From: a virus
Reading direction: 5' to 3' (one strand)
Length of the DNA: 64,000 nucleotides
Virus record (IMG/VR): IMGVR_UViG_3300029957_000006
Span: 60,455-124,454 of that record
Shown: positions 11,554 to 21,270 of the stretch, in pieces
Layout of the letters: the number at the start of each line of letters is the position of its first letter
How positions within the stretch are numbered: position 1 is the first letter of the stretch
Notes under the pieces: model-generated
The model's input: only the letters and a program-made list of their open reading frames with translations
Database searches by the model: none
What the model was told of the DNA's origin: nothing
Program-made: the position numbers and the translations under genes

Positions 11554-12111
11554 TTATTTTAATTTGTAATTCTTTTTTGTTCCATCTGCCTTTGAGTAAA
11601 CAAATTTACTTGGTTTAATTTCAATGTCAACCATCTCTTTTAATTTTTTGATGTACTTATCTGCCATCTTAGGTTTAAGATACGCTATTGTACAGTGAGG
11701 ATGATATTTTGGATGATCATTCGTATATGGAAAATTATCTGTAAATTTTTTGTTTGCTTTATGTAAATCTTCACTTTCAACATCAAATTTCAATACATCA
11801 AATTTTGGATTTGCAAAAGAAGAAATTCCTTTAAATGCCATTTTAGGTGTCTTAAGACTATCAATTTCTTCTTCAATATCTTTATCTAAAATATTATTGT
11901 GAAGTCCAAATAAGATTGTTACATGTGGTTCAGTTTCTCTACCAAATCCAGTATCATCCTTGGGATCATATAAATCATCTTCATCGATCATATCTTGCAT
12001 TTCATTCCAGCGTTTTTGATCTGCATCTAAAAACACCATTACACAACCATATTCATTTTTGTGAGCACCTTCATTTAATAAAGCCATTCTAAGTCGTTTT
12101 CTAATATCCAT
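11554..12111 (-). CDS. 2H phosphoesterase (T4 57B/Acb1-like candidate)
   Basis: Two HxT motifs: PHVTILFG and HPHCTIAY. Confidence 0.7.
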   Translation of the reverse strand: MDIRKRLRMALLNEGAHKNEYGCVMVFLDADQKRWNEMQDMIDEDDLYDPKDDTGFGRETEPHVTILFGLHNNILDKDIEEEIDSLKTPKMAFKGISSFANPKFDVLKFDVESEDLHKANKKFTDNFPYTNDHPKYHPHCTIAYLKPKMADKYIKKLKEMVDIEIKPSKFVYSKADGTKKNYKLK

Positions 12112-12157
12112 ATTATCCTGATTTTAATATAAATATCGTTATGAAACGACAAAAATA

Positions 12158-12189
12158 AAGAAAACCCATACAATTTGTATGGGTTTCTT
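12158..12189. terminator. Hairpin downstream of mnmA
   Basis: aagaaaacccatacaa / ttgtatgggtttctt inverted repeat. Confidence 0.6.
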
Positions 12190-12192
12190 GAA

Positions 12193-13320
12193 TCATAATA
12201 CTTCATGGATATGACCACCGCCTATTACATCCGATGGGTTATTTGGGTCGTAAAAGACCGTTGATTGGCCAGCTGTTATTGTTCGAACTTGGTGAGCAAA
12301 ATCCACTCGCACCATATCATTGCCTAAGCAAGTTAAGGTAGCTAGTGTTGTCTTACCACGATATCTTACATTAGCAAGGACTTCCATTCCATCCAATGCA
12401 TCATAATCAACCTTGATAGTATTTATCTTCTTGACAATCATGTGTTGTCTCATAAGGTCCTTTTCAAGTCCTAGAGTCACTTCATTTGTCTTTGGGTTGA
12501 TATCCGTTACATAAAATGGTTCAGTGCTAGGAAGATCACCAACACCCAATCCACGTCTTTGTCCAACAGTGAAATATGGGAATCCATCATGAGTTCCAAT
12601 TATCTTACCATCCGTATCAATAAAATTACCCTTGTTGATTTCTCTCTTTCTAGAAAGAAATGCTCGGTAGTTATTATCTGGGATGAAACAGATTTCGTAG
12701 CTTTCTCCCTTCTTGGATAATGCTTCATAACCTCTATCAGCAGCCATCTTTCTTATGTCAGTCTTTTCATAACCTCCAACTGGAAAGATGGTTCTTGCAA
12801 GAACTTCTTGAGTAAGTCCCCACAATACATAAGATTGATCCTTTGTTACATCAACACCACTAGACAACATGTAACGACCATTTTCATTTCTGATAATAGC
12901 ATAGTGTCCTGTTGCGATATAATCACAATTCAATTGATCAGCAATCTTTAATAATGCACCCCACTTGATGTGAGTATTACATAGGATACATGGATTAGGT
13001 GTTCTACCTTCCATATATTCATCAATGAAATTGTTGATAACAGAATCATTGAAGCTGTTACGGATATCATAGATTGTATGTGGGATATCATTCTTAACAC
13101 AAATTTCTCTTGCATCATTAATATCATCCAATGAGCAACATCCTGTACTCTTGTTGTGTGCAATGTCAACACCAGAACTAGCATAATCCCATGTCTTCAT
13201 GGTGATCCCAATTACGTCAACTTGATCTTCTTTGAGTAAGACAGCTGATATAGTAGAATCAATACCTCCACTCATAGCACATAACACCCTCTTTCCTTTT
13301 AAATGACTATATACACCCAT
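12193..13320 (-). CDS. mnmA: tRNA 2-thiouridine(34) synthase MnmA
   Basis: AMSGGIDS, TPNPCILCN, ATGHYA, KDQSY, ES.EICF, TVGQRRGLG. Confidence 0.95.
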   Translation of the reverse strand: MGVYSHLKGKRVLCAMSGGIDSTISAVLLKEDQVDVIGITMKTWDYASSGVDIAHNKSTGCCSLDDINDAREICVKNDIPHTIYDIRNSFNDSVINNFIDEYMEGRTPNPCILCNTHIKWGALLKIADQLNCDYIATGHYAIIRNENGRYMLSSGVDVTKDQSYVLWGLTQEVLARTIFPVGGYEKTDIRKMAADRGYEALSKKGESYEICFIPDNNYRAFLSRKREINKGNFIDTDGKIIGTHDGFPYFTVGQRRGLGVGDLPSTEPFYVTDINPKTNEVTLGLEKDLMRQHMIVKKINTIKVDYDALDGMEVLANVRYRGKTTLATLTCLGNDMVRVDFAHQVRTITAGQSTVFYDPNNPSDVIGGGHIHEVL

Positions 13321-13464
13321 GTTTTTATATTTTATTGTACTTCTTTTTACACCAAATAAATCAGCAACGTTTTGTAATGTTAATTTTTATTACATTAACA
13401 CCATTTTAAATAAAATGGGTCTTCATTACAAAGACCCATATCATTATCATAAAAGGACCAATAA

Positions 13465-13905
13465 CTAATCCTCAAGAATATAATCTTTAAACAAGTCCAA
13501 AAATGTAATTCCTAAAAACTTAGCTTGATCTTCACTTTCTACATAAAGGGCCGATGGAACATCCGTATCAGTATTATTATAATAAGTATCATAAGACGAA
13601 AAACCTTGCTCCAAATCAAACCAAACTCTATATTTACGTTGATTGGTGTTAGACCAAACTGGTTTCCAATTAGTAAATGATCGGATTGCCTTAACAATTA
13701 TTTTAAGTTTTCTAAGTGCAATCTCATTCTTATCTAAACCATCAAGTTTAGAGTTGAATTGGCTTACATTGATGTTTTGTTGTTCGCAAGCCTTATCAAA
13801 GGATGTAATATCCTTGTAAGATTTAATTTTACTAGTCTGTCTAGCTATTTCAGCTAATTGTTCATCAGTTAAGGTGATTGAAACACCATTGATATCTATT
13901 TTCAT
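13465..13905 (-). CDS. DGR target protein 1 (146 aa)
   Basis: Contains VR1; paralog of 61936-62373. Confidence 0.85.
   Translation of the reverse strand: MKIDINGVSITLTDEQLAEIARQTSKIKSYKDITSFDKACEQQNINVSQFNSKLDGLDKNEIALRKLKIIVKAIRSFTNWKPVWSNTNQRKYRVWFDLEQGFSSYDTYYNNTDTDVPSALYVESEDQAKFLGITFLDLFKDYILED
13549..13605 (-). repeat. DGR variable repeat VR1
   Basis: Matches TR; every mismatch is at a TR adenine. Confidence 0.92.
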
Positions 13906-13925
13906 GTTGAGTTTTGTTTAGGACA

Positions 13926-13957
13926 CAAAGGTATGAAAAAAAATTGAAACAACCAAA
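13926..13957 (-). promoter_or_regulatory. Bacteroidota-type housekeeping promoter (TTTG..TACCTTTG), representative of about 25 copies
   Basis: Minus strand tttggttgtttcaattttttttcaTACCTTTG; the TAnnTTTG element recurs near 2225, 5369, 5743, 9890, 10930, 15687, 16722, 21157, 22746, 30903, 36772, 43286, 46853, 58194, 60109, 62399. Confidence 0.8.
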
Positions 13958-13958
13958 T

Positions 13959-14927
13959 TTAATTCAACATTGTTTTATTACTTAATAGTTTCTTCATTAA
14001 ATGTCTTGCATTACAATGCATTGACCAACCACTATATGCTGAAAATGATCTTATCTTTCTTCGTTTATACATCATTCTAGCAAAGCTCTTTTTGATTGAT
14101 TTTCTAAGCAATACATGAGTATGAAAGAATACATAACCAACAAAATCTATTCCTCTGATTTCAACCATAAAGACTTGATAGTTGTCTTTTATAGTCAATT
14201 TTAATTTGCTTCCAAGATACTCTCTCATTTCAGCTAACAAAGCATGCAAATAGGCTTTACTACCAGATAATATGACAATATCATCAGCATATCTAAAACA
14301 ATATTTTACACCTTTAACCTCTTTCAACCAATGATCAAAATAAGTTAGATATAAATTAGCAAAGTATTGACTTAAATAATTACCAATTGGAATACCATCA
14401 GCACTATCAATAATCTCATCTAACAACCATAACAAATCTTTATCCTTGATTTTTCGTCTAATGATTTGTTTTAATATCTCATGATCAATACTTGGATAGA
14501 ATTGTTTGATATCAATCTTCAGACAATAAGTTGTATTAGGAACATCCTTGAGTGCTTTTTTAAGGGCATTAGCTGCCCCATGAATGCCTCTTCCTTTAAT
14601 ACAGCTATAAGTATTGGAAGTAAACAAAGATGTGAAGATAGGTTCTAATTTGTTCATTATTGCATGATGAACAATCCTATCTGGATAATAAGGTAAGCTG
14701 GAAATTATTCGTTCCTTACCTTCGAAGATTTTAAACGTTTTATATGTTGAAGTTCTAAAAGTTTTATTTAATAGTGCTTCATTTAATTTTAAAATATTTA
14801 AATCTTTTTCTTTGTCATGTAAAACAACATCATATCTATTACGTTTACTCTTCCTAGCTTTTAAATCAGCCAGTTCCAAGTTTTCAATATCACAAATGTC
14901 ATTGTAAAGATTTCCTACTCTCTTCAT
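13959..14927 (-). CDS. DGR reverse transcriptase
   Basis: PDRIVHHA, LKIDIKQFYPSIDH, GIPIGNYLSQ, RYADD; adjacent TR. Confidence 0.95.
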   Translation of the reverse strand: MKRVGNLYNDICDIENLELADLKARKSKRNRYDVVLHDKEKDLNILKLNEALLNKTFRTSTYKTFKIFEGKERIISSLPYYPDRIVHHAIMNKLEPIFTSLFTSNTYSCIKGRGIHGAANALKKALKDVPNTTYCLKIDIKQFYPSIDHEILKQIIRRKIKDKDLLWLLDEIIDSADGIPIGNYLSQYFANLYLTYFDHWLKEVKGVKYCFRYADDIVILSGSKAYLHALLAEMREYLGSKLKLTIKDNYQVFMVEIRGIDFVGYVFFHTHVLLRKSIKKSFARMMYKRRKIRSFSAYSGWSMHCNARHLMKKLLSNKTMLN

Positions 14928-15031
14928 CCTTTGCTTTAATAGGAGCGTTTTCCGCAGATACTAACACCTAACTAAATTATGTAATTTTTTACCATGTTGG
15001 TAAGGTCTGTGCCGTTATGTTTAAGCAAGTT

Positions 15032-15090
15032 GCTGATGGAACATTCGTATTAGTATTATTATAATTAGTATCATAATACGAAAAACCGCA
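15032..15090 (-). repeat. DGR template repeat (TR)
   Basis: Noncoding tgcggtttttcgtattatgatactaattataataatactaatacgaatgttccatcagc upstream of RT; AAT-rich. Confidence 0.92.
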
Positions 15091-15111
15091 TCCGTTTGGC
15101 ACACAACCCTT

Positions 15112-15666
15112 TTATGAGTAGTATTCTTTATATTCTTCTAACGCAATTTCAATGACATATTTTGCAAGTTCTTGGCTTCTAAGACAAAGGGCCGATGGAA
15201 CAGCCGTATAAGTACTAGTAAAATGATAAGAAGCATCATAAAACGAAAAACCGCCCTTCATTCTAAAGTAATTATACCATTTCGCTTCATTTTCGTCTTT
15301 CCAGTTTGGATACCAACCTTCATTTAGGGCTTTGATAATTACCTTAAGCTTCTTAAATGCAACTTCATCAGGTGTATCATTGGAATGATAAACTTCTTTT
15401 GGGTTGAGATCGAGAACCTTGCAAGCATCCAAAAACGATTTTACTCGATCTCTAATATTTTTTGGTATTGAGAAAAATTTCTTCAAAACATTAGTTTGCT
15501 TCTCATCAGATGCTTTAAACATCTCATCAACTTCAGATTGTGTAAAAGAAATTTCATTTTCAAATGGATTTCTTTTAGCATAATCTTCAATCTTGGTTTT
15601 CCAACCAGAACAAGCAATGTTATAAATTTCTTTAAGGTTGTCTCTACTAATTGTTTGATTTTTCAT
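15112..15666 (-). CDS. DGR target protein 2 (184 aa), VR2 at 15190-15254
   Basis: GFSFYDASYHFTSTYTAVPSAL; A-specific differences from TR plus a 6-nt insertion. Confidence 0.88.
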   Translation of the reverse strand: MKNQTISRDNLKEIYNIACSGWKTKIEDYAKRNPFENEISFTQSEVDEMFKASDEKQTNVLKKFFSIPKNIRDRVKSFLDACKVLDLNPKEVYHSNDTPDEVAFKKLKVIIKALNEGWYPNWKDENEAKWYNYFRMKGGFSFYDASYHFTSTYTAVPSALCLRSQELAKYVIEIALEEYKEYYS

Positions 15667-15720
15667 ATTTTTCTTTTAGATGATTACAAAGGTACATAAA
15701 AAATTTCAATCTACCAAATT

Positions 15721-16278
15721 TTATTGATAATAATCTTTATATAAATGAATAAATTTTTTGCCACAGAATACAGCCAATTTTTCAGATTTTAAATAAAGGG
15801 CCGATGGAACAGCCGTAACAGTATGACCACAATGAGTATCATAATACGAAAAACCGCCTTTGAGGTTAAAATATGGAAAGTATTTGTTTTCATTACCATC
15901 CTCCCAATTAGGATACCAACCTTCATTTAATACTTTGATAATGATTGTTAATTGATATTCAGCTAAAAATTTCTTACCATTAAAACAATCAAAATTAGGA
16001 AGTATTTTTGAAATACCTAATTTATCACAAGCATCTTCAAATGAACTAATACCAATTGATTGACCAAAGGCTTCAATTGAAGCTTCTGCAATTTTAGCTT
16101 TTTCGGTATTAGATGTTATACCAAGTATTGTTGCAACGTCATCAGCTCGACCAAGAAATTCAATATCATTATACTTAGTTGATATGATCTTGGTCCAGTT
16201 TTTAACTGTATGTGATTTAGCAAATAGTTTCAACATTTTATTTTGGATTAGTTTCAAGATATGTACCAGATAAACCAT
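15721..16278 (-). CDS. DGR target protein 3, VR3 at 15799-15857 (start probably MLKLF)
   Basis: GFSYYDTHCGHTVTAVPSAL; all differences at TR adenines. Confidence 0.88.
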   Translation of the reverse strand: MVYLVHILKLIQNKMLKLFAKSHTVKNWTKIISTKYNDIEFLGRADDVATILGITSNTEKAKIAEASIEAFGQSIGISSFEDACDKLGISKILPNFDCFNGKKFLAEYQLTIIIKVLNEGWYPNWEDGNENKYFPYFNLKGGFSYYDTHCGHTVTAVPSALYLKSEKLAVFCGKKFIHLYKDYYQ

Positions 16279-16705
16279 ATTTGTTTAAAACGGCAAATCT
16301 AGCACCTAAAACTTTTATTGGTTTATTGGTTAAATTTTTACATACAAAAGAATCATAGTTGTATGGATTATATGTTATGATAGCTGGTAATTGTTCATTT
16401 CGTGATTCACATTCTTCAGCTGTTGTGGCCATGCCACCTTGTTTGGTTATAATGCCTTTAGCAAATGCATGTACATTCTTTTCTTTCGTTTGTCTGACAC
16501 GTTTATTTCCAACTTTAGATACTACAAATTTTACATCACGTAGCATGATACAATCAGTATGTCCAACTACTACAGAATTCTGTAATATAGAATAAACAAC
16601 ACCTTTTCGTGTTAGACATCGATAAACACAAACTGGCTTATCCAAGTTTATTTCTCTATCCTTATAGGGAGTAATTCGATTACCCAAGCCATAGTTTCTC
16701 ATCAA
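16238..16705 (-). CDS. Phage hypothetical protein
   Basis: VYRCL...RVRQTKEKNVHAFAKG...YNPY pattern typical of a phage family. Confidence 0.5.
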   Translation of the reverse strand: MMRNYGLGNRITPYKDREINLDKPVCVYRCLTRKGVVYSILQNSVVVGHTDCIMLRDVKFVVSKVGNKRVRQTKEKNVHAFAKGIITKQGGMATTAEECESRNEQLPAIITYNPYNYDSFVCKNLTNKPIKVLGARFAVLNKYGLSGTYLETNPK

Positions 16706-17595
16706 TTGATTTTGTTAATTAACAAAGGTAATGAATTTTTTTCATATAACCAAATTATTAATTTCTAAAACTAACTTTACAATTTTTACAAGACATAAAT
16801 TCAAATAAGATAGATGTTCCTTTAACAGTATTCCAATGATTACACTGGGCACAATAAATATCACAACCCATTCGATCACCAGAATAAGTTAAGTCTTCAC
16901 TCCATGTACCAATGAATTCACGATACTGACCTTTAGCACCATGTATTGGTTTAGGTTCTGTTATATTTTCAAAGTACTCCATCTTGTTCAATGCTATTTA
17001 AATTTGACAATAGATTCTCTTTTATCATTATATGAAGATGAGGGTTATCAATTATTTCTTTTCTTAATTGATCAGGATTTGATCTTCTGGTTTTAATATC
17101 AAATACAGGTTGATCACCATAATGAAAATCTACAATATTGCCATTTTCCCATTCTACACGAACATCACCCCATCTATAATCCAATTCAATAGGATCATAA
17201 TAAGTATGATAACTAAGATACATTTCATGTACTTTACGAGTTTTTATATCACAGTATGTAGAAACTCGTCTATCAATCTTATATAGTTGTTTAACCTTAT
17301 ATTGCATATTACGAATCAAGTGTATATATTGAGAATCAATACACTGAATTCCATATGCCGTATAAGCAGAACTTATCCTACGATCAGCAACATCAGTTAT
17401 GAAAATAGATTGATCGATATAAATCTTATCAAAATCTATTCCTTCTTCAAATTCTAATTCATATTGCATATCCATGAGTTAATGTATTTGTGTTGACAAA
17501 CCTAATACAACCAAAAAAAGAAATATTAGATACCAAAAGAAAAATTTATCTCCATCAAACTTTCTTTTTATTTTTTTAAAATAAACCATTTATTT

Positions 17596-18729
17596 TTATG
17601 AATTAATTTCATTAATTATCACATGTGCTTCATCTAACAATGGTGGTTCTAGTTTTGTAATCATCTTTTCAATTGCAACCAAAGGAACCATTGCTTCTCG
17701 ATTTCTATTTTGACTCACTAGTGTTTTATAAGGAACCTCAATATAGATGATCTTTACTCGTCCACCATATGATCTGAATAAGTCAATTAATTGACCTCTC
17801 ATGTCTTTTGTTATATTTGTTGCGTTCCAAACGAAGTTTTGTTTTTTACGCATGAATTCTTTTGCTCGTTCTTTTGCAATTTGAATTACAGTACCATTTG
17901 CTTTCTTATCTGTTGGTTTAACCTTAAGCTCAACCCTGATACCATCAAGACTTACAATTCCATATCCATCAAGATGCTTACCAATATAAGTATCCTTTCC
18001 AGAACCTGGCAAGGCTGACATCATCACAACTTCAAACTTAGTTTCATCAAATGGTTCATAATTCAAATAACCACCTTCTGATAAATAAGTGAATCTACTT
18101 AATTCACTGGTAAACTTTCTTGGACCATACAAACACTCTAAATCAGCTGCATACAATTTGAAGTATTCAATCTTTTCCAATTGCTCAGCTTCATCATTAC
18201 ATATCCGACCAAGAATATCAGCCTTAGATAACATAGCTAACCAATGTATTGGTAATTGCATTGAAATACTAACTATGCTTCTTTCCACTCCAGAATCAGT
18301 AAGACTGTATAGAGGCTTGCCATGCCATCTAACCATCTTGCAAATAATTTCTCTCGTTTCAAAAGGACACTCATATTCTTTGTACAAAAGAATTCTAGCT
18401 GTGAATTCTCCACGCTTTGCATGTCTTGGTGCTGTGATACATATTCGTCCATCACGTTCTTCTTCCATCGTTGTTGAACGCTTTTCGATATCATGCATCA
18501 ATGCACTCGTGAATACAATGTGCTTACTAGCTTCATTCAGTTCAATAAACTCTGGTAGCTTAATGAGTGCTTCACATACCATCTTGGTATGAATTTGAAC
18601 ATCACCTTCAGCATGCCAGATAGCATCTTGTGGAATAGCTTTCATATCACGAAACCACTCACAGTTCTTCTCTATGGCTTCCCAATTGGGTCCAGTATTT
18701 ACATCGTAATATTTAAATTTCCAACTCAT
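17596..18729 (-). CDS. HD-domain / P-loop kinase fusion (putative RNA end-healing enzyme)
   Basis: HAEGDV..HT, MHDIEK HD motif; LPGSGKD Walker A; WNATN. Confidence 0.75.
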   Translation of the reverse strand: MSWKFKYYDVNTGPNWEAIEKNCEWFRDMKAIPQDAIWHAEGDVQIHTKMVCEALIKLPEFIELNEASKHIVFTSALMHDIEKRSTTMEEERDGRICITAPRHAKRGEFTARILLYKEYECPFETREIICKMVRWHGKPLYSLTDSGVERSIVSISMQLPIHWLAMLSKADILGRICNDEAEQLEKIEYFKLYAADLECLYGPRKFTSELSRFTYLSEGGYLNYEPFDETKFEVVMMSALPGSGKDTYIGKHLDGYGIVSLDGIRVELKVKPTDKKANGTVIQIAKERAKEFMRKKQNFVWNATNITKDMRGQLIDLFRSYGGRVKIIYIEVPYKTLVSQNRNREAMVPLVAIEKMITKLEPPLLDEAHVIINEINS

Positions 18730-18959
18730 AAATTATGTATATAATGCACCATAATCTTTAACTTCAACTACAATGAAATCATATTTCTTTTTAACCCAGT
18801 TAATTACTTGTTTCTTTGTTAATCGTTTGTAATTTGGATCAACACCATCATATACTAATTCATTATCTTTCCATACTCGATAACAAACAGCACTACCATA
18901 TCTAGCTGGTACATGATATGGTATTCTCCATTTTTTTACTATTTTAGCAACAGCTATAT

Positions 18960-19286
18960 TCATAATTCATTACTTTTTTCAAATGCTAATTCTTTTGAAC
19001 TTTCAATCATTTTATAAAGATCATCTGGATGTAAACCTTCATTCCATTCTAATCCACCACTAATATGAAACCGTTCACACTTCATGTGACATTCATCTTT
19101 ACAAAGCGTAATACCATTTTCCTTTACATATCCACCATTTGGCATTTCACTCCGATCTGTAATATGATGAGCATCCAATTCTTCAGTATCTGTATGTTTC
19201 TTTTTACAGACCTGACAAATATTTTTATCTCTTTTAAAAACAGCTGTTCTAAACTGCTCTCTTATTTGTTTCTTATTAGTCATCAT
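18960..19286 (-). CDS. HNH nuclease
   Basis: RD...CQVC, AHHI, NGITLC..CH. Confidence 0.75.
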   Translation of the reverse strand: MMTNKKQIREQFRTAVFKRDKNICQVCKKKHTDTEELDAHHITDRSEMPNGGYVKENGITLCKDECHMKCERFHISGGLEWNEGLHPDDLYKMIESSKELAFEKSNEL

Positions 19287-19778
19287 CCGAATTCAATCAT
19301 TCCATTTGGATACTCATTCCAAAATTTAGTTAGTGCTTGTATTGTGTCTTCTTCTGACATATGAAATGCTAAAGCATTTTTATTATCCGATATATACTTT
19401 AGTGTTTGATCTAATGAAAATAATTGTACTTCAGTATATTTACTTCTAAAAATATCATGAGGTAATTTACCATTATCAGCAAATAATCCTTTACCAACTA
19501 CATAACGATATAAAATATTTTCATCATCTGGTTGTTTATTAAACACAGCTTGCATACAGAAGCCATTTTCAACAAGTCTCAATTGTCTTTTTCTAACTTC
19601 TAGATGATAATCACAATATTCTTGTGACCAATTGTATGTAACTCTTGCATGATCATTTGGATTATCACAAATCTCTTTCCATTTATCCATCCATTTTTTA
19701 TGATCATTAATCCAAATTTTTCGTGCTTCTTCAGCTGTACGTTCTATTTTAGTAAAGAACCAAGTATGACATCCCATA

Positions 19779-20492
19779 TTATTTATTTTTTGCTTCCAAT
19801 TCGTGTTTAAGAACTGCTCGTGTTATTGTTTTGCTCCAATGCACATCTGTTTGTACATGATTTTTTCGTACATATTTAAATACATTCTTAGCAAACGCAT
19901 CAACATCATATTCTTCAATGTTTCTACTTACAATTCCTTCACGTGTACAATCCATTGGTGGATTGGTATTATTTTGAATTGATCCAAATACACTTGGCTT
20001 GCTAGCTAAATCCAATACCGTTTGTTTAATAAGATCAGTATCTTGAGTACCTTGAATTAATAACTCTGGAACAACTGGCAAGTCAAACATGGTAGCATAC
20101 CATTTTGTTTCTTCCCATGATAACCATTTATCTAGTATCCTAACTCCAAAGACATAAAAGTGTTCTTCTAATCGTGGATAAATAATTGAATGAATAGCAT
20201 ATAAGTTTTCACCAAATATTTCAAGATTATTTTCTTTCAAATCAGTTGCCATAACACTTTGTTTTATCTTTAGGTGATTGGCCCAAGGATGAAGTGTTGG
20301 TGCAGCATGTGATCGAGCAAATACACCTAATGGTGATAAACAAGTGTTTTCACCATCCATCTTTTCAGTATGAAGTATGGTCTTAAATGATTTCACTTCT
20401 TCACGCCAATTACGATTTATCCGATCATCGGAGGTCGTACCAGGACTGAAGTCATAGTGATAGGTTCTTCCATATTTTGTTGATATACTCAT
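19779..20492 (-). CDS. RNA ligase (Rnl2-like)
   Basis: KY.RTYH, TEKMDGEN, GENLYA.HSI, EGIV, KYVR. Confidence 0.8.
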   Translation of the reverse strand: MSISTKYGRTYHYDFSPGTTSDDRINRNWREEVKSFKTILHTEKMDGENTCLSPLGVFARSHAAPTLHPWANHLKIKQSVMATDLKENNLEIFGENLYAIHSIIYPRLEEHFYVFGVRILDKWLSWEETKWYATMFDLPVVPELLIQGTQDTDLIKQTVLDLASKPSVFGSIQNNTNPPMDCTREGIVSRNIEEYDVDAFAKNVFKYVRKNHVQTDVHWSKTITRAVLKHELEAKNK

Positions 20493-21197
20493 ATTTGTCT
20501 TCCTAATGCTGATGGGTTAGGAACATACTCATCAGCGTTTTCATTATTCATTTCCCAATAAAAAATCTCCCAGTATCCAGACAAAGAGTAACCCATGTCA
20601 CGATACATTTGTCGCATAACTTCTGAGTTCTTAGTATAACCCATTGCATTAAACAATATCCAAATATCGTTTAAATTAAGTTTGCCACCAATTAAATCCC
20701 TAACAGTTGGATTAGCTTTCCAACGATAAGTACCATGTTCGTCTTCAATTATTTCGTGTTTATGATGCTTTTCTTTTTTAAGCATTTCACGATAATCTTT
20801 GCTGGCTTTACCAACTTCTGTTCTAGTTAATGTTTTCATTTTTGTGTTTTAAGATTACATCATCTGATATCTTGTAAGCAAGTATTGCCAATTGATTGTA
20901 ATAAGTCATAGTTAAATCAATGATCTTATCAATATCACTCTTGGTGCAATAAATGCGTACTGGAATCATTCGTTCAGCATGAAGTTCACCTATTGGTGAA
21001 ATCCATTGTCCCTTTGCTGGAGTAAGTATTGTCAAGCCATTGGCTAATGCTCTTACCTTAGCATCCCATACTCTGTGATATCGGGTTCTATAAGGCTTAC
21101 CTTCATTAGATATGGTTGGGACAAGAATTTCCCAGAGACTCTTTGGTTCCATAGAACAAAGGTACTAAAAAAAATCTGAATAAACAAATTGGATTTG

Positions 21198-21270
21198 AGC
21201 TCCCACCCAAATTCGAATTGGGGCTTCTACCTTACCAAGGTAGTGTACTAACCGACTATACTACAGGAGC
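21198..21270 (-). tRNA. tRNA-Thr(GGT)
   Basis: Cloverleaf; anticodon arm ctacc-ttGGTaa-ggtag. Confidence 0.85.

Noticed and set aside
13959-14927. Group II intron or retron RT
   Set aside because: No maturase domain; the GNYLSQ motif and TR/VR pairs indicate a DGR
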